DNA from: an uncultured Puniceicoccaceae bacterium
GTDB taxonomy: Bacteria; Verrucomicrobiota; Verrucomicrobiia; Opitutales; Oceanipulchritudinaceae
Length of the DNA: 64,000 bases
Assembly (NCBI GenBank): GCA_963933835.1
Contig: CAWVVV010000001.1
Span: forward strand, 352,001 to 416,000
Direction: 5' to 3'
Positions 1 to 10,123 of the stretch are shown here, one piece after another. The position numbers were made by a program, and so were the translations under genes. The notes below the pieces were generated by a model. It had not been told where the DNA came from. It was given only the letters and a program-made list of their open reading frames with translations, and did no database searches. Each line of letters starts with the position of its first letter. Position 1 is the first letter of the stretch.

Positions 1-56
1 GAGAACCCAGCTCAGGTTCCAATTAAATTATAGTCTGCAAATTCTGAGTATCAACT

Positions 57-989
57 TTAACGGAGTTCCGTATCCCAACTTCCGTCAGATGTTTCCTTCG
101 CTTCAAGCTGAGCCGATTCGAGCTCTTTTTCGCCACTAAAGGCCCTGGCTTCGATTCGGGCAGTTCTATTACCGAGGTCCCCGTTTAGACGGGTGATTGC
201 GACTTCAAAACGCAATTCAGATCCCGCATCCTCCCAAGATACAATTTCACCTCTTTCGGGCGTGGCCAAGAGTTGGGCAAGCCCATCACGAAACTGAGCC
301 CGTATCTCGTCCGTGATCTGGACGCGGCCAAAAACATTGCTCCCTATTCCGGAGACCATGTTGACCGGAGCCTTTATGATCCCTGTGAAAAAACCCTGGG
401 CAGCTCCTTCGGCGGCTTCCTTACCCGCGATGCGGATATCATCGGTAAGTTCATTGGCGTCTTCGATATAATCAGGAATCGCGATCCGCACTGCTTCCAC
501 TTCCGCCAGGATCGCAGGGATCTGAGTCTGGATCCCTTCCACTTGTTCAACGATCGCCGGAACTTCACCTCTCACCGCCTCGACTTCTGCCAGTATATCG
601 GGAATCTGTGCCTGTATGCTCTCCACCCGTTCCAATATAGGGGGAATCATTTCACGTATATTCTCCACTTCCGATACGACGCTCGGGATTGCTTCCCGGT
701 AGGCGGCCTCGGTGAGCAACACTGGTAATGATTCCCTGATTTTCTCCATTTCTACACGAATATTTGCCACCTCTTGCACGACCGAAGGCAGAATCTCGGT
801 GATCACATCAACTCTTTCGAGGACAGGAGAAATCTCACCGCTGACTGCTTGAATTCCTTCCACGACGGGTGGCAGTCCGTCACCTACTTTTTTCAATGTC
901 ATAGCGAAGTAGACCAAGGCCCCCGCCAGTATGACTAGGGCTAGCGCTAGAACATAAGACGCGATGGAACGAGAAGGATTAGAAGCCAT
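57..989 (-). CDS. Membrane-anchored protein with ~10 proline-punctuated 14-aa amphipathic helical repeats
   Basis: N-terminal hydrophobic helix, repeats such as IPAILAEVEAVRIA and IPDILAEVEAVRGE, a Gly/Ala-rich segment and a small C-terminal globular domain. Confidence 0.75.
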   Translation of the reverse strand: MASNPSRSIASYVLALALVILAGALVYFAMTLKKVGDGLPPVVEGIQAVSGEISPVLERVDVITEILPSVVQEVANIRVEMEKIRESLPVLLTEAAYREAIPSVVSEVENIREMIPPILERVESIQAQIPDILAEVEAVRGEVPAIVEQVEGIQTQIPAILAEVEAVRIAIPDYIEDANELTDDIRIAGKEAAEGAAQGFFTGIIKAPVNMVSGIGSNVFGRVQITDEIRAQFRDGLAQLLATPERGEIVSWEDAGSELRFEVAITRLNGDLGNRTARIEARAFSGEKELESAQLEAKETSDGSWDTELR

Positions 990-1113
990 TCCTCTATTCA
1001 GTTAAAAGCTACCCACATGGCAAGTTCTGCTAGAAACTCGATTTCCACAATGACAGCGGTGAGTGGGCTTTGAACGCCTAAAACCCTAACTTGCCCTAGG
1101 GACAAATTCCACT

Positions 1114-2430
1114 GTGATGGGCTTCATGAGTCTCGACTCAAGAGAGCATCAACGTGAGCTGACCCCGACCGACCTTCGGGGGATCCTTAAGTATGTGCCG
1201 CAGTGGCGGAATCACACCTTTGTCATCGCCCTCGATGGCTCAGCGATGGAACACGCTAACTTCGGCAACCTTCTCGTCGACCTCGCGGTGCTGCGCAATC
1301 TGGCGATTCGCATTGTCGTCGTCTTTGGCATCAGTGCCCAGCTCGAGCGCCTCGCAAAGGAAAAGCAGATCTCAATCAGTGACTCCCGAGGCACCGGACC
1401 GACAAATGAGATCACGCGCGATGTCGCCGTCGAAGCCGCAGGCCTAGCCGGGCACCAGCTTGTGCAAGGGCTGAGCCGGATGGGTCTAAAAGTCGCTCAA
1501 ACAAACGCCGTGCGCGCGACAGCGCGAGGTGTTATCAAGGGGGAAGACCAACTCCTCTCCGGCAAAGTAGACCGTGTCGACATCGATGTGCTCAACCGCC
1601 TTCTCGATGATGAAGTCATTCCAGTGATCAGCCCGATCGCTTTCAATCGCCCCGGAGAGGCCCTTCGCCTCAACAGCGACCTCCTCGCATCCGGCGTGGC
1701 AACAAAGCTGAAAGCATCGAAGCTAATTTTCCTCTTAACGTATCCAGGAATCACCTACAATGGAGAGTTTCGACTCAATGTCCCCGTAGATGAAGTCCGC
1801 GAACTGCTCGAACGTGTCCCCTGCCCGATCGACGACATCGTCCGGAGCAAGGCCGCCAATGCGGTCGCAACGATCGAAGCTGGGGTTCCCCGTGCCCACC
1901 TCATCGATGGACGGATTCATGATGGGCTCCTGACCGAGATTTTCTCAAAGGTAGGAATCGGGACGATGATTCACAGCAACCCGTATGTGAAGATTCGCCC
2001 AGCGAAAAGACAAGATGCCCAAGCAATCTTCAATATCACTAAAAGCGCTGTAGACAGCGAAGCCTTGCGACATCGACCGATCGAAGAAGTTGAAGCTTCG
2101 ATCGACGAATACTTTGTCTACGAAATAGATGAAAGCCCGATCGCCTGCCTCCGCCTCAGTGCTGAAGGCAAAGATGCGATCGAACTCGGATCCGTCTTTG
2201 TCCAAGCCGCTTACCAGGGGCGTGGTATTGGACGGGCCCTGATCGAATTTTCGATTGAAGAAGCGAAGAAGCGGAAGGCAAAACGGCTCTTCGCCCTCAG
2301 CACACAGGCGGGGGCCCTCTTCACCGCATGCGGTTTCGAAGAAGCGGATCTCGACAGTCTTCCGCCACGCCTCGCTGAGCGCCACCAGGCCACAAATAGG
2401 AATAGCGATATTTTTGTCATCGATTTCTAA
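1114..2430 (+). CDS. argA: Amino-acid N-acetyltransferase (N-acetylglutamate synthase), AAK plus GNAT domains
   Basis: YVPQWRNHTFVIALDG, GVPRAHLIDGRIHDGLLTEIFSKVGIGTMI, C-terminal GNAT motif YQGRGIGRAL; true start may be ATG 1117 or 1126. Confidence 0.9.
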   Translation: MMGFMSLDSREHQRELTPTDLRGILKYVPQWRNHTFVIALDGSAMEHANFGNLLVDLAVLRNLAIRIVVVFGISAQLERLAKEKQISISDSRGTGPTNEITRDVAVEAAGLAGHQLVQGLSRMGLKVAQTNAVRATARGVIKGEDQLLSGKVDRVDIDVLNRLLDDEVIPVISPIAFNRPGEALRLNSDLLASGVATKLKASKLIFLLTYPGITYNGEFRLNVPVDEVRELLERVPCPIDDIVRSKAANAVATIEAGVPRAHLIDGRIHDGLLTEIFSKVGIGTMIHSNPYVKIRPAKRQDAQAIFNITKSAVDSEALRHRPIEEVEASIDEYFVYEIDESPIACLRLSAEGKDAIELGSVFVQAAYQGRGIGRALIEFSIEEAKKRKAKRLFALSTQAGALFTACGFEEADLDSLPPRLAERHQATNRNSDIFVIDF

Positions 2431-2484
2431 TACACTTCACCACTGCGCTTCCTCTACAAATAGCCGCTGCACCTACCCCACCCC

Positions 2485-2799
2485 GTGTCTCAAAAAGTAA
2501 GCCCACCTGCTGACCATTACTGGAAAGCCAACCTTCGAATCACTTTCACACTTCTGTTTTTCTGGGCCATCATTGGCCTTGGAGGCGGGGTCCTCGCAGC
2601 GGATTGGCTGAATCAATTCACCCTTCCGGGAACACATTACCCACTTGGTTTCTGGTTCGCTCATCAAGGAGCAATCGTTGCCTTTGTTGTAATCATTCTC
2701 ATCTATGCCCTTCTCCTTAACCGTCTCGATAAGAAGCATAAGGCCCATCTCGATTCAGTCTCCAGCGACAATGACACCGTGACGGAGGATCCATCATGA
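2485..2799 (+). CDS. Small 2-TM partner of sodium:solute symporter (DUF4212-like)
   Basis: HYWKANLR...YPLGFWFAHQG motif; overlaps the start of the symporter gene (ATGA). Confidence 0.85.
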   Translation: MSQKVSPPADHYWKANLRITFTLLFFWAIIGLGGGVLAADWLNQFTLPGTHYPLGFWFAHQGAIVAFVVIILIYALLLNRLDKKHKAHLDSVSSDNDTVTEDPS

Positions 2800-4637
2800 G
2801 CGTCCTCGAATGGACTTGGATTTTCGTCGGATGCACCTTCTGCCTATATATGGGCATCGCTTGGTGGGCTCGCGTCGCCGACACCCGCGGTTTCTACATC
2901 GCAGGGCAAGGTGTTCCCGCACCCGCAAACGGTATGGCCACCGCCGCCGACTGGATGAGTGCTGCCTCCTACATTTCGATGGCCGGGCTCATCTCTACGA
3001 TGGGCTACGCTGGCGGCGTCTACTTGTTGGGTTGGACAGGTGGTTTTGTCCTCTTAGCGCTTCTCCTTGCCCCTTATCTCCGGAAGTTCGGAAAGTTTAC
3101 GGTGCCCGATTTTGTCGGCGATCGCTATGAATCGCAAATCGCACGTATCGTGGCTGTGCTCTGCGCCCTCTTTGTCAGTTTTACCTATGTAGCTGGGCAA
3201 ATGCGAGGCGTTGGTGTCGTCTTTGGGCGCTTCCTCGAAGTTGATGTTAATACCGGGGTCGTCATCGGAATGATCATCGTTGTGATCTACGCGACCCTTG
3301 GTGGCATGAAAGGCATCACATGGACGCAAGTCGCACAGTATTGGATTCTCATTACGGCTTTCCTCATTCCAGCCATTGCAATTTCGATTCGACTCACCGG
3401 TTCATTTTTCCCCCAAGCAGGCCTTGGCGGCGAGCTCATCGGTGAGGCAGGGATTGGATTTCTCACTAAGCTGAATCAGATTCAGACTGACTTAGGCTTC
3501 AACCCTTATACCACCCCCTTCATTGGATCGTGGGATAAGTGGAACGTCTTTTTGGTCGCGTTTACCCTCATGGTCGGAACGGCGGGACTACCCCACGTCA
3601 TCGTCCGATTCTATACCGTCAAATCACCAAAGGCCGCGCGTTGGAGCGGGTTCTGGGCCCTCTTCTTTATCTCAGCGCTCTACCTTTCGGCCCCAGCCGC
3701 AGCGGGCTTTGCGCGTTATTTCATGCTCGTGTCCCTCAACGATACGCCCGTCGAGCAAACCCCCGCCTGGTTCACAAGCTGGGAGCGCACAGGTCTCGTT
3801 GTCTGGATGGATGATGGTGACGAACATTTTGCTTATACTGGGGATGACCGGAACGAGATTTTTCGGCGCGGAAGTCTCTCGGATGTAGCTTACGTTGGGA
3901 TAGTAAAAGAACATCAATGCTGGATCGATACGCTTGGAAACTCTGGGTCCGATGGGCGGATTGAAATGCGCGAGCTTGGCCTCAGCGGCCCCGATCGTGA
4001 TATCATTGTTCTAGCGACACCTGAAATGGCAGAGCTCGCTCCTTGGATCATTGCCTTTGTCGCTGCGGGGGGGCTTGCCGCCGCTCTTTCGACCGCGAGC
4101 GGTCTACTTTTGGTCATCTCCTCAAGTGTGGCGCACGATCTCTATTATCGGATCATCAATCCCCAAGCGACGGAGAAACAGCGGCTCCTTGTCGGGCGTG
4201 GCGTAATCGTGATTGCTGTCGTGATCGCCGGACTATTTGGCATTTATCCGCCTGGCTTTGTCAGCCAGGTCGTTGCTTTTGCCTTCGGCCTCGCAGCTTC
4301 CAGTTTCTTCCCAACGATTGTTTTGGGCATTTTCTCGAAGCGAGTTGGAACGGTTCCAGCCATTGCAGGCATGCTAGGAGGCATAGGCTTTACGGGCTTC
4401 TATATCCTCGGAACGGTTTTCTTTGGGATGGAACGGTGGACTTTAGGTGTCTTTCCAACGGGCATCAATCCGCAGGGAATCGGGACAATCGGCATGTTGG
4501 TCAATTTCTCCCTCACCCTCGGCTTGACCCCGTTCTTTCCTGCCCCTTCAAAGAAAGTCTGCGAGCTCGTCGACCGCATTCGTGAGCCTGAGTTTTCAGG
4601 CGATGCCGTCGAAATTGAAGAAGCCCCAGAACACTAG
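2796..4637 (+). CDS. Sodium:solute symporter, ActP-like cation/acetate symporter family
   Basis: NGMATAADWMSAAS, LRKFGKFTVPDFVGDRY, GTAGLPHVIVRFYT, AAALSTASGLLL. Confidence 0.9.
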   Translation: MSVLEWTWIFVGCTFCLYMGIAWWARVADTRGFYIAGQGVPAPANGMATAADWMSAASYISMAGLISTMGYAGGVYLLGWTGGFVLLALLLAPYLRKFGKFTVPDFVGDRYESQIARIVAVLCALFVSFTYVAGQMRGVGVVFGRFLEVDVNTGVVIGMIIVVIYATLGGMKGITWTQVAQYWILITAFLIPAIAISIRLTGSFFPQAGLGGELIGEAGIGFLTKLNQIQTDLGFNPYTTPFIGSWDKWNVFLVAFTLMVGTAGLPHVIVRFYTVKSPKAARWSGFWALFFISALYLSAPAAAGFARYFMLVSLNDTPVEQTPAWFTSWERTGLVVWMDDGDEHFAYTGDDRNEIFRRGSLSDVAYVGIVKEHQCWIDTLGNSGSDGRIEMRELGLSGPDRDIIVLATPEMAELAPWIIAFVAAGGLAAALSTASGLLLVISSSVAHDLYYRIINPQATEKQRLLVGRGVIVIAVVIAGLFGIYPPGFVSQVVAFAFGLAASSFFPTIVLGIFSKRVGTVPAIAGMLGGIGFTGFYILGTVFFGMERWTLGVFPTGINPQGIGTIGMLVNFSLTLGLTPFFPAPSKKVCELVDRIREPEFSGDAVEIEEAPEH

Positions 4638-6046
4638 GCCTTAAGCGCTTCAACCGTCTGCCCGATAATCCCATCAAAGGATCCGTTGGAGAAAAAGACG
4701 ACGCATTGCTTCGGCTCTTTTTCTAGAGACTGAAGCAATCCGGACTGAAGTGTCTTATTATCCGGATACACCGTAGCTTTGCTCTCGAGCGAATGAGCGA
4801 TCGCCGCAAGATCGATCCGCTCTTCGTCAGTATAGCGCTCTGCTCTAAATACAGCTCCAAGATGAACTGTGTCTGCGAGCGAAAAGGCATCAGCAAACGC
4901 CGCCTGCAGGACATTTCGGCAGGCTGTGTTCGAGCGCGCCTCCCAAGCCATCGTCAATCGATGGTTCGGATACCGATTGCGAAGTGACTCAAGCGTGCCC
5001 TTGATCGCGGTTGGGTGGTGACCAAAGTCAGAAATCACAACCGTCCCGTTATCTTGATACAAAATCTCCTGACGACGCTCAACCCCTCTGTAGTTCTTGA
5101 GCACATCAGGGTTTAGCTTGCAGAAAGGATCGTCCTCATTGATCGCCAGACCTGCGGCAAGGAGAGCCATAGCGGCATTGCGAGCGTTGTATAAGCCCAT
5201 CAGAGGCCAATTCACTTTTGCCCAGACTGTTCCCCGCCACGAGAGCTGGAAGCTAGAGCCCTTCGCATTTTCTTTGAAGGAAAGAATCTGGAGGTCGTTG
5301 TCAGCACCAGTGCCGATTTTCAGACTCCGCGACCAAGCGACCGGCAGGAGATCACAGAGGTTCTCATCGTCACCGTTATACAGTATCCATCCACGGCGTG
5401 GTATGATCCGCAAAAAGTGATTAAAGGTGCGCTTAATATCCGCAAGGTCTCGAAAGATATCTGCGTGATCAAATTCTAGATTATTCAGGACGGCAATTTG
5501 CGGCGCATAGTGAATGAACTTACTGCGCTTATCAAAAAAGGCACTGTCATACTCATCACCTTCGATCACAAATGGAGCTGCCTTGTCACCTAGCGCATAC
5601 CCCGAAGGGAGGTCATTCGGCGCCCCGCCGACAAGCCATCCAGGGTTCGCTCCACCGATTGAACGAAGGATAAAGGCGGTGAGGGCCGTCGTCGTCGTCT
5701 TTCCATGCGTCCCAGCGACGACAATGTTACGACGCCCGCTCAAGACAAAGCGGTTGAGGGCTTCGGGCAGCGAAATAAATGGGATCGAGCGCGTGTCCAA
5801 AAGCCATTCGATTTCCGGATTCCCTCGCGCGTTGACGTTGCCAATCACAACGAGATCTGGCGCGAGTTCCGCCAATCGCTGCGGATCAAAACCCGGCAGC
5901 ACCTCTATGCCCGCCTCAGTGAGGATCCGACTCATGGGTGGATAAGCATTTTGATCCGAGCCAAGGACATCATGCCCAGCTTCGCGCAGGAGAAGAGCGG
6001 CATTGCCCATGCCTGTCCCACAAATGCTCATAAAGTAGATTCTCAC
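4634..6046 (-). CDS. mpl: Murein peptide ligase (UDP-MurNAc:L-Ala-gamma-D-Glu-mDAP ligase)
   Basis: ICGTGMGNAA, VAGTHGKTTT, IEGDEYDSAFFDKRSKF, DFGHHPTAI; start chosen at GTG 6046. Confidence 0.9.
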   Translation of the reverse strand: MRIYFMSICGTGMGNAALLLREAGHDVLGSDQNAYPPMSRILTEAGIEVLPGFDPQRLAELAPDLVVIGNVNARGNPEIEWLLDTRSIPFISLPEALNRFVLSGRRNIVVAGTHGKTTTTALTAFILRSIGGANPGWLVGGAPNDLPSGYALGDKAAPFVIEGDEYDSAFFDKRSKFIHYAPQIAVLNNLEFDHADIFRDLADIKRTFNHFLRIIPRRGWILYNGDDENLCDLLPVAWSRSLKIGTGADNDLQILSFKENAKGSSFQLSWRGTVWAKVNWPLMGLYNARNAAMALLAAGLAINEDDPFCKLNPDVLKNYRGVERRQEILYQDNGTVVISDFGHHPTAIKGTLESLRNRYPNHRLTMAWEARSNTACRNVLQAAFADAFSLADTVHLGAVFRAERYTDEERIDLAAIAHSLESKATVYPDNKTLQSGLLQSLEKEPKQCVVFFSNGSFDGIIGQTVEALKA

Positions 6047-6091
6047 GGGCTCCACACTCCCTTCATCCTCCCACTTGCGACAATGCAAAAC

Positions 6092-6748
6092 TCACTTTGC
6101 CGGATGATTCGTTAGGAGCGGAAATTCATCACCGTAGCGGGCTTCTCTTCCCGTTACGATATCGGCCAGCGCTCTCGGGCGAGCAAGCCATTCGCGGCGC
6201 TTCGAATAGCGAAACTCAGGTGAATCAACATCTGCCGCCACAAAGCCCCACGCGTTCAGACCCGACCAGCGAGCTAGAAAAACCGCCCGGTGGGCATGGT
6301 AGCGCTGTGTCACGACGATGATCGTCTCAAAGCCAAAGACGCGCTTGGCCCGCAGGACGCTATCGAGGGTGCGCATTCCAAGCGGATCGACAATGATCGC
6401 ATCGGCACCGACGCCCCTTCGCCTCAGATAGCGCCACATATATTCGGTTTCACCGTAGCCTGTTCCATCGCTTCCGCCGCTCACTAAAAGACGAGAAACA
6501 ACCCCAGCTCGGAACAATTCAAGTCCCGCATCGAGCCGCGCATCGAGCGTCGGGCTTCCCGGCCCAGCTCCCAAAATAACTGCGATCGGAGCATTCGGCA
6601 CGGCCTCTACTTCCGTCTCAAGATGTGATAAAGATAGCCCTAAAACGGTCAGGTTCGGTCCGAGAAAAATGCCACAGAAAAGAGTGAACCCAAGTCCCAA
6701 GACCCATTTCACAATTCGCACTGATCGCTGTATGCCCATTGATTGCAC
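6092..6748 (-). CDS. SanA/YdcF (DUF218) family membrane protein
   Basis: VILGAG, RLLVSGG, GMRTLDSVLRAKRVFG, VVTQRYHAHRAVF, RREWLAR. Confidence 0.85.
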   Translation of the reverse strand: MQSMGIQRSVRIVKWVLGLGFTLFCGIFLGPNLTVLGLSLSHLETEVEAVPNAPIAVILGAGPGSPTLDARLDAGLELFRAGVVSRLLVSGGSDGTGYGETEYMWRYLRRRGVGADAIIVDPLGMRTLDSVLRAKRVFGFETIIVVTQRYHAHRAVFLARWSGLNAWGFVAADVDSPEFRYSKRREWLARPRALADIVTGREARYGDEFPLLTNHPAK

Positions 6749-6846
6749 TTCTTAGATGCTTGGAATTCTTTCGCCTACGTCAACTGTCGCGAACCTGAAA
6801 CGACGGAGGCATTGACCTTTCAGTCGAATCCTAGCACCCCATTCCT

Positions 6847-8139
6847 ATGACCGGTAAAAACCTCACCGTCCTCATCATTGGCAGCGGTGGCCGAGAGCAC
6901 GCTCTCGTCCGTGCCTGTAAACAAAGCCCACTCGTTCACTCAGTCGTCGCCGCTCCGGGGAACGGAGGAATGGCAACTGATGTTCCCTGTTTTCCAATCG
7001 ACGCCGAGAACCCGACGGCGGTCTTAGAACTGGCTCAACGACACAACGCTGACCTTGTCATCGTCGGACCTGAAGCTCCCCTCGCTGCGGGCGTGAGTGA
7101 CGCACTCATCGAAGCCGGCATACCGGCCTACGGCCCAACCCTCGCCGGAGCACGCCTCGAAGCTTCCAAGGTCTACTGCAAAGATTTTCTCGCCCAATAC
7201 CAGATTCCTACAGCCGCCTACGGTGCCTTCACCGATGCCGATGCCGCTCGCAAGCATCTCGAGCAAAACCCTGCTCCAGCGGTGGTCAAAGCTAGTGGCC
7301 TTGCCGCGGGTAAAGGGGTCCTCATGTGCAGTACTCAGACGGAAGCGCTGGTTGCCGTAGAAGACATGCTAGGCGAAAAGAAATTTGGCGAAGCCGGAGA
7401 GGAAATCGTCATCGAAGAATGGCTTCAAGGTGAGGAAGCTTCGATCATGGTCATGGTCAGCGGCGAAGATTTCGTCTGCCTGCCCGTGAGCCAAGACCAC
7501 AAGCGCGCAGGAGAAGGTGACACGGGCCTCAATACCGGCGGCATGGGAGCCTATGCACCCGCCTCGGTCGTGACTCCGGAGATGCAGGCCCTGATTGACG
7601 AGACGATCATTCGCCCAACCCTCAGAGGTTTCACGAAGGAAGGCATCGACTACCGAGGAACCCTTTACATTGGCCTTATGCTCACGCCTGAAGGACCCAA
7701 GGTCTTGGAGTTCAACGTGCGCTTTGGAGACCCAGAATGCCAAGTTCTTCTTCCACTCTGCGAGACTGACCCCGTCGAGCTCCTCTATGCCTGCGCAACA
7801 CGCACGCTCAAACCCGCCGAAGTAAAACTCAAGGACGCCGCCTCAATCATTATCGTCCTCGCCGCCAAAGGCTATCCGGAAGCCTATCCCAAAGGCGACG
7901 TGATCCAGTTTCCTGATACACTACCCGACGATGTCCACATCATCCACGCTGGAACGAAGCGCCTCGAAAATGGCGACATCGTAACCTCTGGCGGCCGTGT
8001 CCTCGGTGTTGTTGCCGTGGCTCCTACGCTCGAGGAAGCCAAAGACAAAGCTTACGCCGTCGCCGATCAAATCGACTGGCCGAACAAATACCTCCGGCGT
8101 GACATCGCATGGCGAGAGTTTGCGCGTCTTGAGTCCTAG
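6847..8139 (+). CDS. purD: Phosphoribosylamine-glycine ligase
   Basis: IGSGGREHAL, KASGLAAGKGV, QDHKRAGEGDTGLNTGGMGAY, LEFNVRFGDPE, TSGGRVL. Confidence 0.97.
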   Translation: MTGKNLTVLIIGSGGREHALVRACKQSPLVHSVVAAPGNGGMATDVPCFPIDAENPTAVLELAQRHNADLVIVGPEAPLAAGVSDALIEAGIPAYGPTLAGARLEASKVYCKDFLAQYQIPTAAYGAFTDADAARKHLEQNPAPAVVKASGLAAGKGVLMCSTQTEALVAVEDMLGEKKFGEAGEEIVIEEWLQGEEASIMVMVSGEDFVCLPVSQDHKRAGEGDTGLNTGGMGAYAPASVVTPEMQALIDETIIRPTLRGFTKEGIDYRGTLYIGLMLTPEGPKVLEFNVRFGDPECQVLLPLCETDPVELLYACATRTLKPAEVKLKDAASIIIVLAAKGYPEAYPKGDVIQFPDTLPDDVHIIHAGTKRLENGDIVTSGGRVLGVVAVAPTLEEAKDKAYAVADQIDWPNKYLRRDIAWREFARLES

Positions 8140-8169
8140 GGAGCCTACCTGGGGATTTAAAGACGCTCC

Positions 8170-9292
8170 CTAGCGATCCATCACCTCGTCAATTGCATTT
8201 TGTTGGCGAGCAACATCGTGCAAGGTGACAATACCGACCATCCGGCGCGGATCTTTCGTGCTCACGACCGGTACCTGTAGGACGTCGTCTACAACCAACG
8301 TCTGAGCAACATCGCGGATAGACTGCTCCGGCTTAACGGTCACCGATGGTTTACCACGGACGATTTCTCCTACCGTGATATCCTGTTTATCGCGCACGCG
8401 TTCATTTAACTCGTGATGCGTCGTGACACGCCGACCAAAAGGCCACCGTCATCTAGAACTGGATACGCGTGGTGTTTGTGATGCTCGTCAACAACCCGAG
8501 TGATTGCTTTGCGGGCAAGTTCGCGACTTCCGACCGATACCACGTCGAAGGTCATAATCGTTGAAATCGGCAAATTCTGCCAGTCGCGATCACCACGGTA
8601 GTGCGGCATCTTGCGCAGGTTAATCTTATCTTGAACAATGAGGGAGTCATACAACGAGACGGCTTCAAAGCGGGAACTCAGAAGCCATGCCACGGCGTTG
8701 CCAATGATGAGAGGCAGGATGAGCGCATACTGCCCAGTCATCTCCCAGATGATCATAATCGAAGTCAGGGGACAGCGAATGACCGCGGCAAAAAGCGCTC
8801 CCAACCCAAGCAATGCCATCGCTCCGACGATCTCGGCCTCGTATCCAAAAACGAACTGTCCAAAGAGGCCCAACAACCCGCCTAGCAGTGCGCCCATGAA
8901 AAGCGTCGGAGCAAAAAGACCCCCACTACCGCCGCTCGAGTAGGCAATGACCGTAGCCAAAAACTTTCCAACAAGAAGTGCTACAATGACACCGATCGAC
9001 AACAAGCGGCCGTTCAGAACCTCATCCGCATCGTTGTAGCCGACACCGAAAACACCCATCCGCCCTTCGGTTAGAGCCATCACTGTTATCGCGATGAGCC
9101 CAACTCCGAGTCCACCTGCAGCAGGCCGGATCCAGATAGGAATCTCACTTTCGCGACTCTTCTTTCGTGCCCAAAGCAGTGAGACAACAAATCCGCGCCC
9201 GAGGAGCGCTGCGAGTAAACCAAGCGGCAATGCCAATAGCATCCACCAGTCCGTACCGATTAATCCGAGTTCGATATCAAAGGCTGGATGAT
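8170..9292 (-). pseudogene. C-terminal half of a ClC chloride channel/H+ antiporter with CBS domains; 5' half missing, frameshift near 8425
   Basis: GGSGGLFAPTLFMG, AAVIRCPLTS, WEMTGQY, SLYDSL; the CBS pair continues in a second frame (VTTHHELNERVRDKQ...MVGIVTLHD); the frame extends upstream only to HPAFDIELG at ~9290. Confidence 0.85.
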
Positions 9293-9457
9293 TACAATCA
9301 ACTCAGCTACACCCGTTCCATAACGTCCCCAAGGCTCCATCCCAAGCTTAGTAAAGAGATCTATCGATTCCTGAGCTCCCAGAAACTTAAAGAAGAGTGT
9401 TTGTCCCAATAGTATGGAGACAATAACTCGAAGAAGAAGAGAAACTTTCGAGGCCAT
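9260..9457 (-). pseudogene. 5' fragment of a DoxX-like membrane protein fused out of frame to the ClC remnant
   Basis: LLGQTLFFKFLGAQES..LFTKLGMEPWGRYGTGVAEL is a typical DoxX-like N-terminus; it ends after ~55 codons. Confidence 0.7.
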
Positions 9458-9589
9458 AATAGATGCTTTCGTTTAATTCGCCGAGTGCTTCATGGAGGGA
9501 CCTGTGGCGCTGCACTCGTTCAGCGGACTTCACTAAGAGAACCAGAATGAACATTCATTCCGAATAAAATCGTATCCCGCGGATTAAAG

Positions 9590-9904
9590 TTACGCGAACG
9601 ATTTACCGCACCCACACGTCGATTCGGCATTCGGGTTTTTAATTTCGAATCCCTTCCCCATCAATCCATCGTCGAAATCGACGACCGAGCCATCCAGCTG
9701 CTCAAGGCTCTTTTTATCGACGCGAAAGGCGACGCCTTCGCTCTCCATCGCGAGATCGTCATCTTTGCCAGGATCAAAGCCCATTCCATACTCGAATCCA
9801 GAGCAGCCGCCCGAGCTTATAAAAATGCGCAAAGGTAAATCAGTGCCTTTATCAGACTGAAGCTGAGTGACCGCTTTAGCCGCTCGACTTGTTAAGGTAA
9901 TCAT
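9590..9904 (-). CDS. erpA: A-type Fe-S cluster carrier (ErpA/IscA, HesB family)
   Basis: GGCSGFEY and NPNAESTCGCGKSF motifs; ErpA versus IscA cannot be resolved. Confidence 0.9.
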   Translation of the reverse strand: MITLTSRAAKAVTQLQSDKGTDLPLRIFISSGGCSGFEYGMGFDPGKDDDLAMESEGVAFRVDKKSLEQLDGSVVDFDDGLMGKGFEIKNPNAESTCGCGKSFA

Positions 9905-10123
9905 CGCTCAAATCAACGAACTCAGGGGTCAGATGTCAATCCAGCGCCAGCATTAGTAGCGCATGTCAACTAAGCCGCGCGCACAGTCATCGATTCGGAT
10001 CGGGCAAAAAGCAACCGCGGCAAACACACTACGGCAAGACATGGGCCAATTTGTGAAAGCATATTTCATGCTCATTTTGAGATCACGCTTGCACGCCGCG
10101 TCAGATAACCCACTTTCGAGCTC

